Source of the DNA: Nocardioidaceae bacterium
Lineage (GTDB): Bacteria; Actinomycetota; Actinomycetes; Propionibacteriales; Nocardioidaceae
Direction of reading: 5' to 3'
DNA length: 36,157 bases
Assembly (NCBI GenBank): GCA_035262905.1
Contig: DATFRX010000404.1
Location: 1-36,157 of the forward strand
Shown piece after piece: positions 24,062 to 33,940 of this stretch. The notes beneath the pieces were generated by a model that made no database searches, was not told the origin of the DNA, and was given only the letters and a program-made list of their open reading frames with translations. The position numbers were made by a program, and so were the translations under genes. The stretch's first letter is position 1; the number at the start of each line of letters is the position of its first letter.

Positions 24062-25563
24062 CCGACCCCATCCTGCGCATGACCGGGATCGTCAAGCAGT
24101 TCCCGGGCGTACGAGCGCTCGACGGGGTCGATCTGGATGTGCAGCCGGGCGAGGTGCACTGCCTGCTCGGCCAGAACGGTGCTGGCAAGTCGACCTTGAT
24201 CAAGGTGCTTGCCGGCGCGCACCAGCCGGACGAGGGCACCATCACCTGGCTGGGCGAACAGGTGCGGCTGTCCGACCCGACCGCGGCCAACCGCCGGGGG
24301 ATCGCGACCATCTACCAGGAGCTCGACCTGGTCGACGGACTGTCGGTCGCGGCCAACATCTTCCTCGGACACGAGCTGGCCCTCGCCGGGTTCGCCCGAC
24401 GCGGAGACATGCGCCGGGCGGCCAAGCAGCTGCTGGCCCGGCTGGGTCATCCCGAGTTGTCGCCGAGCCGAGAGGTCGGCCGGCTGTCCGCAGCGGGCAA
24501 GCAGATCGTCAGCATGGCGCGGGCGCTGTCGCACGACGCGCGGCTGATCATCATGGACGAGCCGTCGGCGGTGCTCGACAAGAACGAGGTGGAGCGGCTC
24601 TTCAAGGTCATCCGCGACCTGACCGGCGAGGGAGTCGCGGTCGTCTACATCTCTCACCGCCTCGAGGAGATCCGCGAGATCGGCGACCGGGTCACCGTGC
24701 TCAAGGACGGCCGAACTGTCGCCACCGGGCTCCCCGCCAAGACGACGCCCACCAACGAGGTGATCCGGCTGATGACCGGACGCACCATCGAGTACGTCAT
24801 CCCGGACCGTCGGGAGCAGCCGGCGCCGAGTGAGCCGGTGCTCTCGGTGCAGGGCCTGCGCCGTACTGGTGAGTTCGAGGACATCTCGTTCGAGGTGCGT
24901 GCGGGCGAGATCCTCGGACTGGCCGGGCTGGTCGGATCGGGCCGGTCGGAGATCCTCGAGACCGTCTACGGCGCCCGGCGGGCCCATGGCGGCCGGGTCG
25001 AGGTCGCCGGAAAACGCGTGCGCAACGGCTCGGTGTCGTCCGCCGTCGCCGCGGGACTGGGTCTGTGCCCCGAGGAGCGCAAGAGCCAGGCGCTGCTGCT
25101 CGGCGAGTCGGTCTCGGGCAACGTCACGCTCGCGTCCCTCCCCAGGTTCGCCAAAGCGTCGTTCCTCGACCGGTCCGCCGAGCGCGCGGCCGCCCGCGAG
25201 CAGATCAAGGCGCTCGACCTGCGCCCGCCGGATCCCGGACGCGAGGTCCGGCTGTTCTCCGGAGGCAACCAGCAGAAGGTGGTCCTCGCGCGCTGGCTGA
25301 CCGTGGGCTGCCGGGTGCTGCTCCTCGACGAACCGACCCGCGGCGTGGACGTCGGAGCGCGTACCGAGCTCTACAAGCTGATCCAACGCCTCGCGGACGA
25401 CGGCGTCGCCATCGTCCTGGTGTCCAGCGAGGTCCCCGAGGTCCTCGGTCTGTCCGACCGGGTGATCGTCCTCCGTGAAGGGCAGGTCATGCACGAAGGG
25501 CCGGCCGCCGACATCGACGAGCACCAGGTCCTCGACCTGGTCATGGAAGGGAGCGCCGCGTGA
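24058..25563 (+). CDS. CUT2-type sugar ABC transporter ATP-binding protein (two fused ABC domains; RbsA/XylG-like)
   Basis: ATGA overlap with the regulator stop. Walker A GQNGAGKST, signature LSAAGKQ, Walker B LIIMDEPS. The second domain has FSGGNQQK and LLLDEPTRGVD. Confidence 0.9.
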   Translation: MTDPILRMTGIVKQFPGVRALDGVDLDVQPGEVHCLLGQNGAGKSTLIKVLAGAHQPDEGTITWLGEQVRLSDPTAANRRGIATIYQELDLVDGLSVAANIFLGHELALAGFARRGDMRRAAKQLLARLGHPELSPSREVGRLSAAGKQIVSMARALSHDARLIIMDEPSAVLDKNEVERLFKVIRDLTGEGVAVVYISHRLEEIREIGDRVTVLKDGRTVATGLPAKTTPTNEVIRLMTGRTIEYVIPDRREQPAPSEPVLSVQGLRRTGEFEDISFEVRAGEILGLAGLVGSGRSEILETVYGARRAHGGRVEVAGKRVRNGSVSSAVAAGLGLCPEERKSQALLLGESVSGNVTLASLPRFAKASFLDRSAERAAAREQIKALDLRPPDPGREVRLFSGGNQQKVVLARWLTVGCRVLLLDEPTRGVDVGARTELYKLIQRLADDGVAIVLVSSEVPEVLGLSDRVIVLREGQVMHEGPAADIDEHQVLDLVMEGSAA

Positions 25564-26621
25564 GTGAGAAGACGACAGACGCGACGACCGACGCGACGCC
25601 GCCGGGCGAGCAGCAACGGGTCGAGGTCGTAGAGAAGGACACCACCGGATCTCGCGTGGCCAGCATCATGGCGTCGCCGGCCGGCCGCAACCTGGGCCTG
25701 GTCGTCGCGTTCGCCCTGTTGTGTGTGGTCGGGATCATCACGGCCGGCGATCTGTTCGCCGACGTCGACAACGTCGTCACGATCCTGCGGTTGGCCGCGG
25801 TCCTCGGCATCGTCAGCATCGGCATGACCTTCGTCATCATCGGCGGCGGCATCGATCTGTCGGTGGGTTCGATCGTCGCGCTCTCCACGGTCTGGGCGAC
25901 GACGGTGGCGACCCAGCAGATGGCCGCCGACTTCCACTGGATCGTCATCGTCTTCACGGCCATGGCCGTCGGAGCCGGTTGTGGACTGGTCAATGGTGTG
26001 CTCATCGCGTACGGACGGATCGCACCGTTCATCGCCACGCTGGCGATGTTCGCGGCCGCCCGTGGGCTCGCCGAGGTCATCTCGGACAAGCGCAACCAGC
26101 TCGTCGACGACCCGGGGTACGTCGACTTCTTCTCCCGTGAGCTGATCGGCGTGCCGGTGTTGGTCTACGTCTTCGCGCTGGTGGCCGCGATCGGCTGGGT
26201 GCTGCTCAACCGCACGACGTTCGGCCGGCGGACGATCGCGGTCGGCGGCAACGAGGAAGCCGCCCGGCTGGCCGGCATCAAGGTGCAACGGCACACCGTC
26301 TACCTCTACGTCCTGGTCGGTGTCGCGAGTGGAATCGCGGCCGCCATGCTCCTCGCGCGAACCGGAACGGGCACGGCTCAGCACGGCGTGCTGCTCGAGC
26401 TCGACTCGATCGCCGCGGTCGTCATCGGCGGCACGCTGCTGACCGGGGGCCGCGGCACGATCGTCGGGACCGTCCTCGGTGTCCTGATCTTCACCACGCT
26501 CACCAACATCTTCACCCTCAACAACATCGACACGTCCAACCAGAACGTCGCCAAGGGCGTGATTATCGTCGCCGCGGTGCTGCTGCAGCAGGCCGTGGCC
26601 AAACGCGCCGGCAGTACGTAG
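25560..26621 (+). CDS. CUT2-type sugar ABC transporter permease (RbsC/XylH-like)
   Basis: GTGA overlap. Multi-span hydrophobic protein with GGIDLSVGS, FGRRTIAVGGNEEAARLAGI and GGTLLTGGRGT motifs. The start could instead be the internal MASPAG. Confidence 0.85.
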   Translation: MSEKTTDATTDATPPGEQQRVEVVEKDTTGSRVASIMASPAGRNLGLVVAFALLCVVGIITAGDLFADVDNVVTILRLAAVLGIVSIGMTFVIIGGGIDLSVGSIVALSTVWATTVATQQMAADFHWIVIVFTAMAVGAGCGLVNGVLIAYGRIAPFIATLAMFAAARGLAEVISDKRNQLVDDPGYVDFFSRELIGVPVLVYVFALVAAIGWVLLNRTTFGRRTIAVGGNEEAARLAGIKVQRHTVYLYVLVGVASGIAAAMLLARTGTGTAQHGVLLELDSIAAVVIGGTLLTGGRGTIVGTVLGVLIFTTLTNIFTLNNIDTSNQNVAKGVIIVAAVLLQQAVAKRAGST

Positions 26622-26695
26622 CCGTCCGCATGTCCCCAAGCCCCCCGCTGTATGAGCTGGACCTGCCGGTCCGTCACTTCATCAAGGAGTAACCG

Positions 26696-27736
26696 ATGTC
26701 ACGCATCAGGAACAAGTCCCTCGTCCCCAAGCTCGCGGTCCTCGCGGCAGTCGGAGGTCTGCTCTTCGCCTGTACGAGCAACGACTCCGGTGACGAGGGG
26801 ACCACCGAGCAGAGCGCGGTCAGCGACAACGACGATCCAGGCAAGAAGGTCACCATCGGCTTCTCCGGCCCGGAGGCTGACCACGGCTGGCTGGCCGCGA
26901 TCAACGACTCGGCGATCGCCGAGGCCGAGGAGTACCCCGACATCGAGCTGAAGGTCGCCAACGGCACCAACGACCCGAACCAGCAGATCAGCCAGGTCGA
27001 GACCTTCATCAACGCGGGCGTCGACGCGATCGTCTTGCTGCCGACCGACGGCGACGCCCTGACCGATGTCGCGACCAAGGCGATGGACGCAGGCATCATC
27101 GTCGTCAACGTCGACCGGGAGTTCTCCAGCCCGTTCGCGGCCCGCACGACGATCCTCGGCGACAACTACGGGATGGGCGTGTCAGCCGGCACGTACGCCT
27201 GCTCGATCATCGAGGAGCAGAACATCTCGGATCCGGTGATCGCCGAGATCCAGGGCATCGCATCGCTGCCGCTCACCCAGGACCGCTCGCAGGGATTCGC
27301 CGACGCGCTCTCCAGCTGCGGCCAGGAGGTCGACAACCAGGTCTCGGCCGAGTTCACCGTCGAGAGCGGTGAGGAAGTGGCGTCCAACCTGCTCCAGGCC
27401 GCGCCCAAGATCGACATCATCTGGAACCACGACGACGACCAGGGTGTCGGCGTGAAGCAGGCCTTCGACAACGCCGACCGCGACGAGTTCGCCTTCATCG
27501 GCGGCGCCGGCTCCTGCCAGGCGATGGACCTGATCGAGAGCGGCGAGATGGAGGCCACGGTCCTCTACCCGCCGACGCAGGCTGCTGACGGCATCAAGCT
27601 GGCCCGGCTGCTCGCCCAGGACAAGGGTCTGTCCGACCTGGTGCAGGTCGAGGTGCCGACGCGCATCGTCCTCAACGCACCGGTGGTCACTGAGCAGAAC
27701 GTCGACCAGTACCGGCCTCTGTGCTTCGACTCCTGA
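26696..27736 (+). CDS. Sugar ABC transporter substrate-binding lipoprotein (periplasmic-binding-protein type I, RbsB/XylF-like)
   Basis: AAGGAG RBS. Lipobox-like signal LAVLAAVGGLLFAC followed by TSND. PBP motifs: VTIGFSGPEADHGW, VDAIVLLPTDG, VVNVDRE. Confidence 0.85.
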   Translation: MSRIRNKSLVPKLAVLAAVGGLLFACTSNDSGDEGTTEQSAVSDNDDPGKKVTIGFSGPEADHGWLAAINDSAIAEAEEYPDIELKVANGTNDPNQQISQVETFINAGVDAIVLLPTDGDALTDVATKAMDAGIIVVNVDREFSSPFAARTTILGDNYGMGVSAGTYACSIIEEQNISDPVIAEIQGIASLPLTQDRSQGFADALSSCGQEVDNQVSAEFTVESGEEVASNLLQAAPKIDIIWNHDDDQGVGVKQAFDNADRDEFAFIGGAGSCQAMDLIESGEMEATVLYPPTQAADGIKLARLLAQDKGLSDLVQVEVPTRIVLNAPVVTEQNVDQYRPLCFDS

Positions 27737-27743
27737 TCGGCTC

Positions 27744-27786
27744 GCGCCGCCCGGGTTGCCCGCGACTTGGCAACCCGGGCCGGCGC
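27744..27786 (+). terminator. Hairpin after the binding-protein gene (terminator or transcript-stabilising element)
   Basis: GCGCCG-CCCGGGTTGCC pairs with GGCAACCCGGG-(C)-CGGCGC. The core is 11 bp plus a 6 bp extension with one bulge, and the loop is 8 nt. It starts 8 nt after the TGA. Only 55 nt separate it from the next start. Confidence 0.6.
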
Positions 27787-27841
27787 GGCTCCGAGGGAGA
27801 CTGACGACAGCGCTGGACGGGGAAGACCGTGAGGGGAATCG

Positions 27842-29050
27842 ATGAGACAAGACAATAAGGAGACATTCGGGGTGGGGATGGTGGGCTACGCCTTCATGGG
27901 CGCGGCCCACTCCCACGCCTGGCGGTCGGCCGGCCGTTTCTTCCCGCTGCCGTTGGACATCGACATGGCCGTCGTGTGCGGTCGTCAGGAGTCCGGCGTC
28001 GCAGAGGCCCGGCACCGCCTCGGCTGGCGGGAGTACGAAACCGACTGGCACCGACTGCTCGACCGCGACGACGTGAATCTGGTCGACGTCTGTACGCCGG
28101 GCGACACCCATGCCGAGATCGCGATCGCCGCGCTCGAGGCAGGCAAGCACGTGCTCTGCGAGAAGCCGCTCGCCAACACGGTCGCCGAAGCCGAGGCGAT
28201 GGCGGCGGCAGCTGCGTCCGCGCGCGAGCGAGGGGTGCGCTCGATGGTCGGCTTCACCTATCGCCGGGTGCCAGCCATCGGCCTCGCCCGCCGGCTGGTG
28301 GCCGACGGCAGGATCGGCACGATCCGGCATGTCCGCGCGCAGTACCTCCAGGACTGGATCACCGACCCGGAGGCGCCGCTGAGCTGGCGGCTGCAGAAGG
28401 ACCGGGCCGGCAGCGGAGCCCTCGGCGACATCGGCGCGCACATCGTCGACCTGACGCAGTTCATTGCCGGCGAGCAGCTCACCGGTGTGTCGGCGATGCT
28501 CGAGACGTTCATCAAGGAGCGGCCGATCCCCACCGAGGCCAGCGGACTGTCCGGCGTCGCCGGCACCGAGCGCGGCGAGGTGACGGTCGACGACGCGGCC
28601 ATCTTCCTGGGCCGCTTCGACGGCGGCGCCCTTGCCACGTTCGAGGCCACTCGCTTCGCCGCCGGGCGCAAGAACTCGATCCGGATCGAGCTCAACGGTT
28701 CGCTCGGCAGTCTGGCCTTCGACTTCGAGGACATGAACGTCCTGAACTTCTACGACAACACCGAGAACTCGGCGACCGCCGGGTTCCGGCGCATCCTCGT
28801 GACCGAGCCGGTCCATCCGTACGTCGCGGCCTGGTGGCCGCCGGGCCATCTGCTCGGCTACGAGCACGCGTTCACGCACCAGGTGGTCGACCTGGTCAAC
28901 GCGCTCGCCGATGGAACCGACCCGGCGCCGTCGTTCGCCGACGGGCTGCAGGTGCAGCGGGTCCTGGCGGCGGTGGAGGCGAGTGCGGCCAAGGACAGTG
29001 TGTGGACGGAGGTCAACCACTCGACCGCTCCGTCCGGGACGACGGTGTAG
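27842..29050 (+). CDS. Gfo/Idh/MocA-family NAD(P)-dependent oxidoreductase
   Basis: N-terminal Rossmann fold FGVGMVGYAFMGAAHSHAW, the family motif VLCEKPLANT, and the C-terminal alpha/beta oligomerisation region. Confidence 0.85.
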   Translation: MRQDNKETFGVGMVGYAFMGAAHSHAWRSAGRFFPLPLDIDMAVVCGRQESGVAEARHRLGWREYETDWHRLLDRDDVNLVDVCTPGDTHAEIAIAALEAGKHVLCEKPLANTVAEAEAMAAAAASARERGVRSMVGFTYRRVPAIGLARRLVADGRIGTIRHVRAQYLQDWITDPEAPLSWRLQKDRAGSGALGDIGAHIVDLTQFIAGEQLTGVSAMLETFIKERPIPTEASGLSGVAGTERGEVTVDDAAIFLGRFDGGALATFEATRFAAGRKNSIRIELNGSLGSLAFDFEDMNVLNFYDNTENSATAGFRRILVTEPVHPYVAAWWPPGHLLGYEHAFTHQVVDLVNALADGTDPAPSFADGLQVQRVLAAVEASAAKDSVWTEVNHSTAPSGTTV

Positions 29051-29062
29051 GGAGACGAACCG

Positions 29063-30244
29063 ATGAGCGACTACACGCCGACACCGGCGGACCGGTTCAG
29101 CTTCGGCCTCTGGACGGTGGGCTGGCAGGCCCGCGATCCGTTCGGCGACGCCACCCGACCGCCGATGGACCCGGTCCATGCCGTGCAGCGCCTGGCCGAG
29201 CTCGGCGCCTACGGCGTGTCCTTCCACGACGACGACCTGCTGGCCGTCGAGCCCGACTCCGGCGAGGCCGCCCGGGATCGGGCGATCACGCGGTTCCGGA
29301 AGGCGCTCGACGAGACCGGGCTGATCGTGCCGATGGCGACGACGAACCTGTTCACGCATCCGGTCTTCAAGGACGGTGCATTCACCGCCAACGACCGTGG
29401 CGTACGCCGGCACGCGATCCGCAAGGCGCTCCGCAACATCGACCTGGCCGCCGAGCTCGGCGCCCGGACGTACGTCTGCTGGGGCGGCCGCGAGGGTGCG
29501 GAGTCGGGCGCTGCCAAGGACGTCCGGATCGCACTGGACCGCTACGCCGAGGCGATGAACATCCTGTGCGACTACGTCGTCGAGCGCGGCTACGATCTCC
29601 GGTTCGCCCTCGAGCCGAAGCCGAACGAGCCGCGCGGCGACATCCTGCTGCCGACCGTCGGGCACGGCCTCGCCTTCATCAACCGGCTGGAGCGGCCCGA
29701 GCTGGTCGGGCTCAATCCCGAGGTCGGGCACGAGGAGATGGCCGGGCTCAACTTCGCGCACGGCATCGCCCAGGCGCTATGGTCCGGCAAGCTCTTCCAC
29801 ATCGACCTCAACGGCCAGCACGGGCCGAAGTACGACCAGGACCTGCGATTCGGCTCCGGCGACGTCAAGGGCGCGTTCTTCCTCGTCGAGTTGCTCGAGA
29901 GCCAGGGACCGGACGGCGCGCCTGCCTACGACGGACCGCGCCACTTCGACTTCAAGCCGCCGCGTACCGAGGACGAGGCCGGTGTTTGGGAGTCGGCGGC
30001 CGGCTGCATGCGCAACTACCTGATCCTCAGGGAGCGAGTCGCCGCCTACAACGCCGACCCGGATGTCGCGGCCGCCCGCGAGGCGGCCGGCGTGCCGGAG
30101 CTCGCCACGCCGACGCTGGGACCCGACGAGCGCCTGGACGACCTCCGATCGGAGTCGTTCGACGTCGAGGCGGCGGCCGAGCGGGGCTGCGGCTACGAGC
30201 TGCTCGACCAACTGGCCATGGACCATCTGCTCGGCGTGCGATGA
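29063..30244 (+). CDS. xylA: Xylose isomerase, actinobacterial class I
   Basis: Near-collinear with recalled Actinoplanes/Streptomyces XylA: [98 protein letters not shown]. Confidence 0.95.
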   Translation: MSDYTPTPADRFSFGLWTVGWQARDPFGDATRPPMDPVHAVQRLAELGAYGVSFHDDDLLAVEPDSGEAARDRAITRFRKALDETGLIVPMATTNLFTHPVFKDGAFTANDRGVRRHAIRKALRNIDLAAELGARTYVCWGGREGAESGAAKDVRIALDRYAEAMNILCDYVVERGYDLRFALEPKPNEPRGDILLPTVGHGLAFINRLERPELVGLNPEVGHEEMAGLNFAHGIAQALWSGKLFHIDLNGQHGPKYDQDLRFGSGDVKGAFFLVELLESQGPDGAPAYDGPRHFDFKPPRTEDEAGVWESAAGCMRNYLILRERVAAYNADPDVAAAREAAGVPELATPTLGPDERLDDLRSESFDVEAAAERGCGYELLDQLAMDHLLGVR

Positions 30245-30272
30245 CGCCGAATCCACGCGAAGGAGCGCTGCG

Positions 30273-31280
30273 ATGACCCGACCGATCACCCTGTTCACCG
30301 GCCAGTGGGCCGACCTGCCGTTCGAGGAGATGTGCCGGCTGGCGTCGGAGTGGGGCTATGACGGCCTGGAGATCGCCTGCTGGGGCGACCATCTCGACGT
30401 CTGGCAGGCCGCCGAGGACGACGGCTACGTCAAGGCGAAGCTGGACCTGCTCGAGCAGCACAACCTCAAGGTCTGGACGATCAGCAACCACCTCAAAGGC
30501 CAGGCGGTCTGCGACGACCCGATCGACGAGCGCCACCAGGCGATCCTGCCGGCCCGGATCTGGGGCGACGGCGATCCCGAGGGAGTGCGGCAGCGGGCCG
30601 CCGAGGAGATGAAGGTGACCGCCCGGGCCGCGAGCCGGCTCGGCGTCGACACCGTCGTCGGGTTCACCGGGTCGTCGATCTGGAAGTACGTCGCAATGTT
30701 CCCGCCGGTCTCACAGGACCAGGTGGACGCCGGCTACCAGGACTTCGCCGACCGGTGGAACCCGATCCTGGACGTGTACGACGACGAGGGAGTCCGCTTC
30801 GCGCACGAGGTACATCCGAGCGAGATCGCCTACGACTACTGGACCACGGCCCGTACGCTCGAGGCGATCGACCATCGGCCCGCGTTCGGGCTGAACTGGG
30901 ATCCCAGCCACTTCGTGTGGCAGGACCTGGACCCGGTCGGGTTCATCTGGGACTTCAAGGACCGGATCTACCACGTCGACTGCAAGGACACCAAGCGCCA
31001 GATCGGCAACGGGCGCAACGGCCGGCTCGGATCGCATCTGGCCTGGGCCGACCCGCGTCGGGGCTGGGACTTCGTGTCGACCGGCCACGGCGACGTCCCG
31101 TGGGAGGCGTCGTTCCGGATGCTCAACCACATCGGCTACCAGGGTCCGATCTCGGTCGAGTGGGAGGACGCCGGCATGGACCGGCTGCGCGGTGCGCCGG
31201 AGGCCCTGGAGTTCGTCCGATCGCTGGCCTTCGACGCTCCGGAGGCGGCCTTCGACGCCGCATTCAGCACCGACGGCTGA
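30273..31280 (+). CDS. Sugar phosphate isomerase/epimerase (xylose-isomerase-like TIM barrel), cytoplasmic
   Basis: ATG at 30273 follows AAGGAG. Motifs: [47 protein letters not shown]. No signal peptide. Confidence 0.8.
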   Translation: MTRPITLFTGQWADLPFEEMCRLASEWGYDGLEIACWGDHLDVWQAAEDDGYVKAKLDLLEQHNLKVWTISNHLKGQAVCDDPIDERHQAILPARIWGDGDPEGVRQRAAEEMKVTARAASRLGVDTVVGFTGSSIWKYVAMFPPVSQDQVDAGYQDFADRWNPILDVYDDEGVRFAHEVHPSEIAYDYWTTARTLEAIDHRPAFGLNWDPSHFVWQDLDPVGFIWDFKDRIYHVDCKDTKRQIGNGRNGRLGSHLAWADPRRGWDFVSTGHGDVPWEASFRMLNHIGYQGPISVEWEDAGMDRLRGAPEALEFVRSLAFDAPEAAFDAAFSTDG

Positions 31281-31358
31281 GCCTGCGCGACGCCTCCGGC
31301 GTTTTGATCCGCGAATCAGTCGTGGATCAATCCGGGCATCCGGGGTTACCCTGCCGGA

Positions 31359-32927
31359 ATGACGCGCCGTGATGCATCGATTACCGACCGTTCGCTCGCG
31401 CCGCCCATTCGGGTTGCGCGAGCGAATGCTGTGCGGTCGACGCACCGGCCGAACGGGGAGTCGGCCACGCCGTTGACCGAGGTGAGCCAGGAGGACCGCC
31501 AAGCGGCGTTCCAACGCGGCTTCGAGCCATACGACGGCTTCGGCCCGCCCGACGGGACCATCGTCGTCTTCCCCTCGCTGAGCTTTCCCGAGAGCGAGCT
31601 CCGCAAGATCACCGGGGTGACCTACTACGAGCATCGCCTGCTGTGCCTGGTGCTGCTCCTCGCCGAGCCACATCGCCAACTGGTGTTCGTGACCGCGGCA
31701 GACATCGATCCGGATGTCATCGACTACTACCTCGGCTTCCTGCCCGATCCGGACGACGCCCGACGGCGGCTGCACATCGTGAGCCTGGGCGATCCGCGAT
31801 CCTGCGCGCTGAGCCAGAAGCTGATCGAGCACGACCGCCTGCTCGACGAGCTGCGCGACCTGGTCGGAGGCAGCACGGCGTACCTGATGCCGTTCAACGT
31901 GACCGACGCCGAGCTCGAGGTCGCCGAGCGGCTGGAGCTGCCGTTGTTCGGCCCGATGCCCGAACAGAGCTGGCACGGCACCAAGAGCGGCTCGCGGCAG
32001 ATCGCCACCCAGTCCGACGTACCCGTGCTCGAGGGGTACGAGAACGTGCGGTCGACCGCTGACGTCGACGTGGCGATCGGCAAGCTGCGCCAGCTGCCGC
32101 ATCCGCCGGACGGCGTGGTCGTCAAGCTCAACTACGGCTTCTCCGGCCAGGGCACGGCGATCGTCGACACCGCCGACTTCGAGCCGCCGACCCAGACCCG
32201 ACCGACCATCTTCTGCGGCGACGGCGAGTCCTGGGATTCGTACGGCTCGAAGATCCGGGGCGAGGGCGCCGTTGTGGAGCGGCTGCTCACCCACGAGCTG
32301 GTCGCCTCGCCAAGCGTCCAGATCCGGATCTTGCCCGACGGCACGCCGACCGTCATCTCCACCCACGACCAGGTGCTCGGCGGCGAGCTCAACCAGGTCT
32401 ACCTCGGCTGCCGGTTCCCAGCCTCGGAGCGCTACCGCAGCGAGATCACCGCCTGCGCGCAGCGGGTCGCGACCCGGCTGGCCGAGCGCGGGGTGATCGG
32501 CATGTTCGGCATGGACTTCCTGGTCCACCACAACGGCTCGGCCGACTCGCTGCAGGTCGCGATGGCCGAGATCAACCTGCGGCTGGGCGGCACCACGCAT
32601 CCGTACGTGATGGCGCAGCTGCTCACCCGGTCCACCTACGACCCGACCAGCGGGCAGCTGATCGACCCGTACGGCGACCCGGTCTGCTACGTCGCCTCCG
32701 ACAACATCAAGCAGCCCAACCTGATCGGCGTGCCCGCCCGTACCGTGCTGGACGCGCTCGACCGGGCCGGGCTGGCGTTCGACCCGGCGACCCGTACCGG
32801 CGCGACCGTGCATCTGCTCGGCGCCCTGACCGAACACGGCAAGATGGGCACGATGTGCATCGCCCGCGACGTCGACGAGGCGGCCGAGATGTACCGCGAG
32901 GTGACCCGGGTCCTCGAGGCGATGTAG
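31359..32927 (+). CDS. ATP-grasp-type carboxylate-amine/peptide ligase-like protein (PGM1-related)
   Basis: Coding-quality 522 aa ORF. Central region: GTKSGSRQI...GVVVKLNYGFSGQGTAIVD...GMFGMDFLV...AEINLRLGGTTHPY, typical of the ATP-grasp fold. The N-terminal FPSLSF...YYEHRLLCLVLLL segment is recalled from PGM1-like proteins. The start is uncertain. Confidence 0.5.
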   Translation: MTRRDASITDRSLAPPIRVARANAVRSTHRPNGESATPLTEVSQEDRQAAFQRGFEPYDGFGPPDGTIVVFPSLSFPESELRKITGVTYYEHRLLCLVLLLAEPHRQLVFVTAADIDPDVIDYYLGFLPDPDDARRRLHIVSLGDPRSCALSQKLIEHDRLLDELRDLVGGSTAYLMPFNVTDAELEVAERLELPLFGPMPEQSWHGTKSGSRQIATQSDVPVLEGYENVRSTADVDVAIGKLRQLPHPPDGVVVKLNYGFSGQGTAIVDTADFEPPTQTRPTIFCGDGESWDSYGSKIRGEGAVVERLLTHELVASPSVQIRILPDGTPTVISTHDQVLGGELNQVYLGCRFPASERYRSEITACAQRVATRLAERGVIGMFGMDFLVHHNGSADSLQVAMAEINLRLGGTTHPYVMAQLLTRSTYDPTSGQLIDPYGDPVCYVASDNIKQPNLIGVPARTVLDALDRAGLAFDPATRTGATVHLLGALTEHGKMGTMCIARDVDEAAEMYREVTRVLEAM

Positions 32928-33034
32928 CGGGCGTTGACGACCGTACGTCGGTGGTGCCGGCGGCGGGTACCGTGGCGGGCACCGCACGGGGCGAAATGCG
33001 ACAGCTGACCGGCTTCAACCGCTAGTCTCACGGC

Positions 33035-33898
33035 ATGTCGCGCCAGGTCGCCTTGGTCACCGACTCGACCGCCGCGCTGTCGGCCGAGTCCGTCGAGCGG
33101 CACGGAATCATCGTCGTGCCCTTACAGGTCGTGATCGGCGCCCGCAGTCTCGACGAAGGCACCGAGGCGACTCCGGAGACCGTCGCCCAGGCACTGCGGG
33201 ACTACAAGCCCGTCAGCACCTCCCGTCCCTCGCCGGAGGTGATGGCCCGGGTCTATCACGACGCGGCCCTGGACGGCGCGGACGCCATCGTCTCGGTCCA
33301 TCTGTCCGGCGAGGTGTCCGGCACCTACGAGTCGGCCCAGATCGCGGCGGCCCAGGTCGAGGTGCCGGTGTCCGCCGTCGACTCGCGCCAGGTCGGTATG
33401 GGCACCGGATTCGCCGTGTTGGCCGCAGCCGCCGCCATCGCACAGGGGTTGGATGCGAAGCAGGCGGCCGAGGCCGCATCGGCTCGGGCGGCTGCGACCC
33501 AGTGCTACTTCTACGTCGACACCCTGGAGTATCTCCGGCGAGGCGGCCGGATCGGCGCCGCCGCCGCGCTGCTCGGGTCGGCGCTTGCCGTGAAGCCGCT
33601 GCTGTCGATCCGGGACGGCCGGATCGGCCCGTTGGAGAAGGTACGCACCTCGTCACGCGCCCTGCTCCGCCTGGAGGAGTTGGCCGTCGCGGCCGCCCGT
33701 GACCTCGGCGGCCCGGTCGACATCGCCGTGCAGCACCTGGCCTCGCCCGACAAGGCCGCCACCATTGCGGAGCGGCTCGAGGGGCGGCTGGGGCTGGAGT
33801 CCGTGGTGCTGGGTGAGGTCGGGGCGGTCATCGGCGCTCATGTCGGGCCGGGGATGGTCGCGGTTGTGGTGGCGCCGGCGCTGTCCACAGCTTCCTGA
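33035..33898 (+). CDS. DegV-family fatty-acid-binding protein
   Basis: VALVTDSTAAL...VPLQVVIG...STSRPSP...SVHLSGEVSGTYESA...YFYVDTLEYLRRGGRIG...GAHVGPG are classic DegV motifs. Confidence 0.9.
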   Translation: MSRQVALVTDSTAALSAESVERHGIIVVPLQVVIGARSLDEGTEATPETVAQALRDYKPVSTSRPSPEVMARVYHDAALDGADAIVSVHLSGEVSGTYESAQIAAAQVEVPVSAVDSRQVGMGTGFAVLAAAAAIAQGLDAKQAAEAASARAAATQCYFYVDTLEYLRRGGRIGAAAALLGSALAVKPLLSIRDGRIGPLEKVRTSSRALLRLEELAVAAARDLGGPVDIAVQHLASPDKAATIAERLEGRLGLESVVLGEVGAVIGAHVGPGMVAVVVAPALSTAS

Positions 33899-33940
33899 TC
33901 GGCGGACCAGCGACCTGCCGTCGCGCCTACGGTCCCTCGC

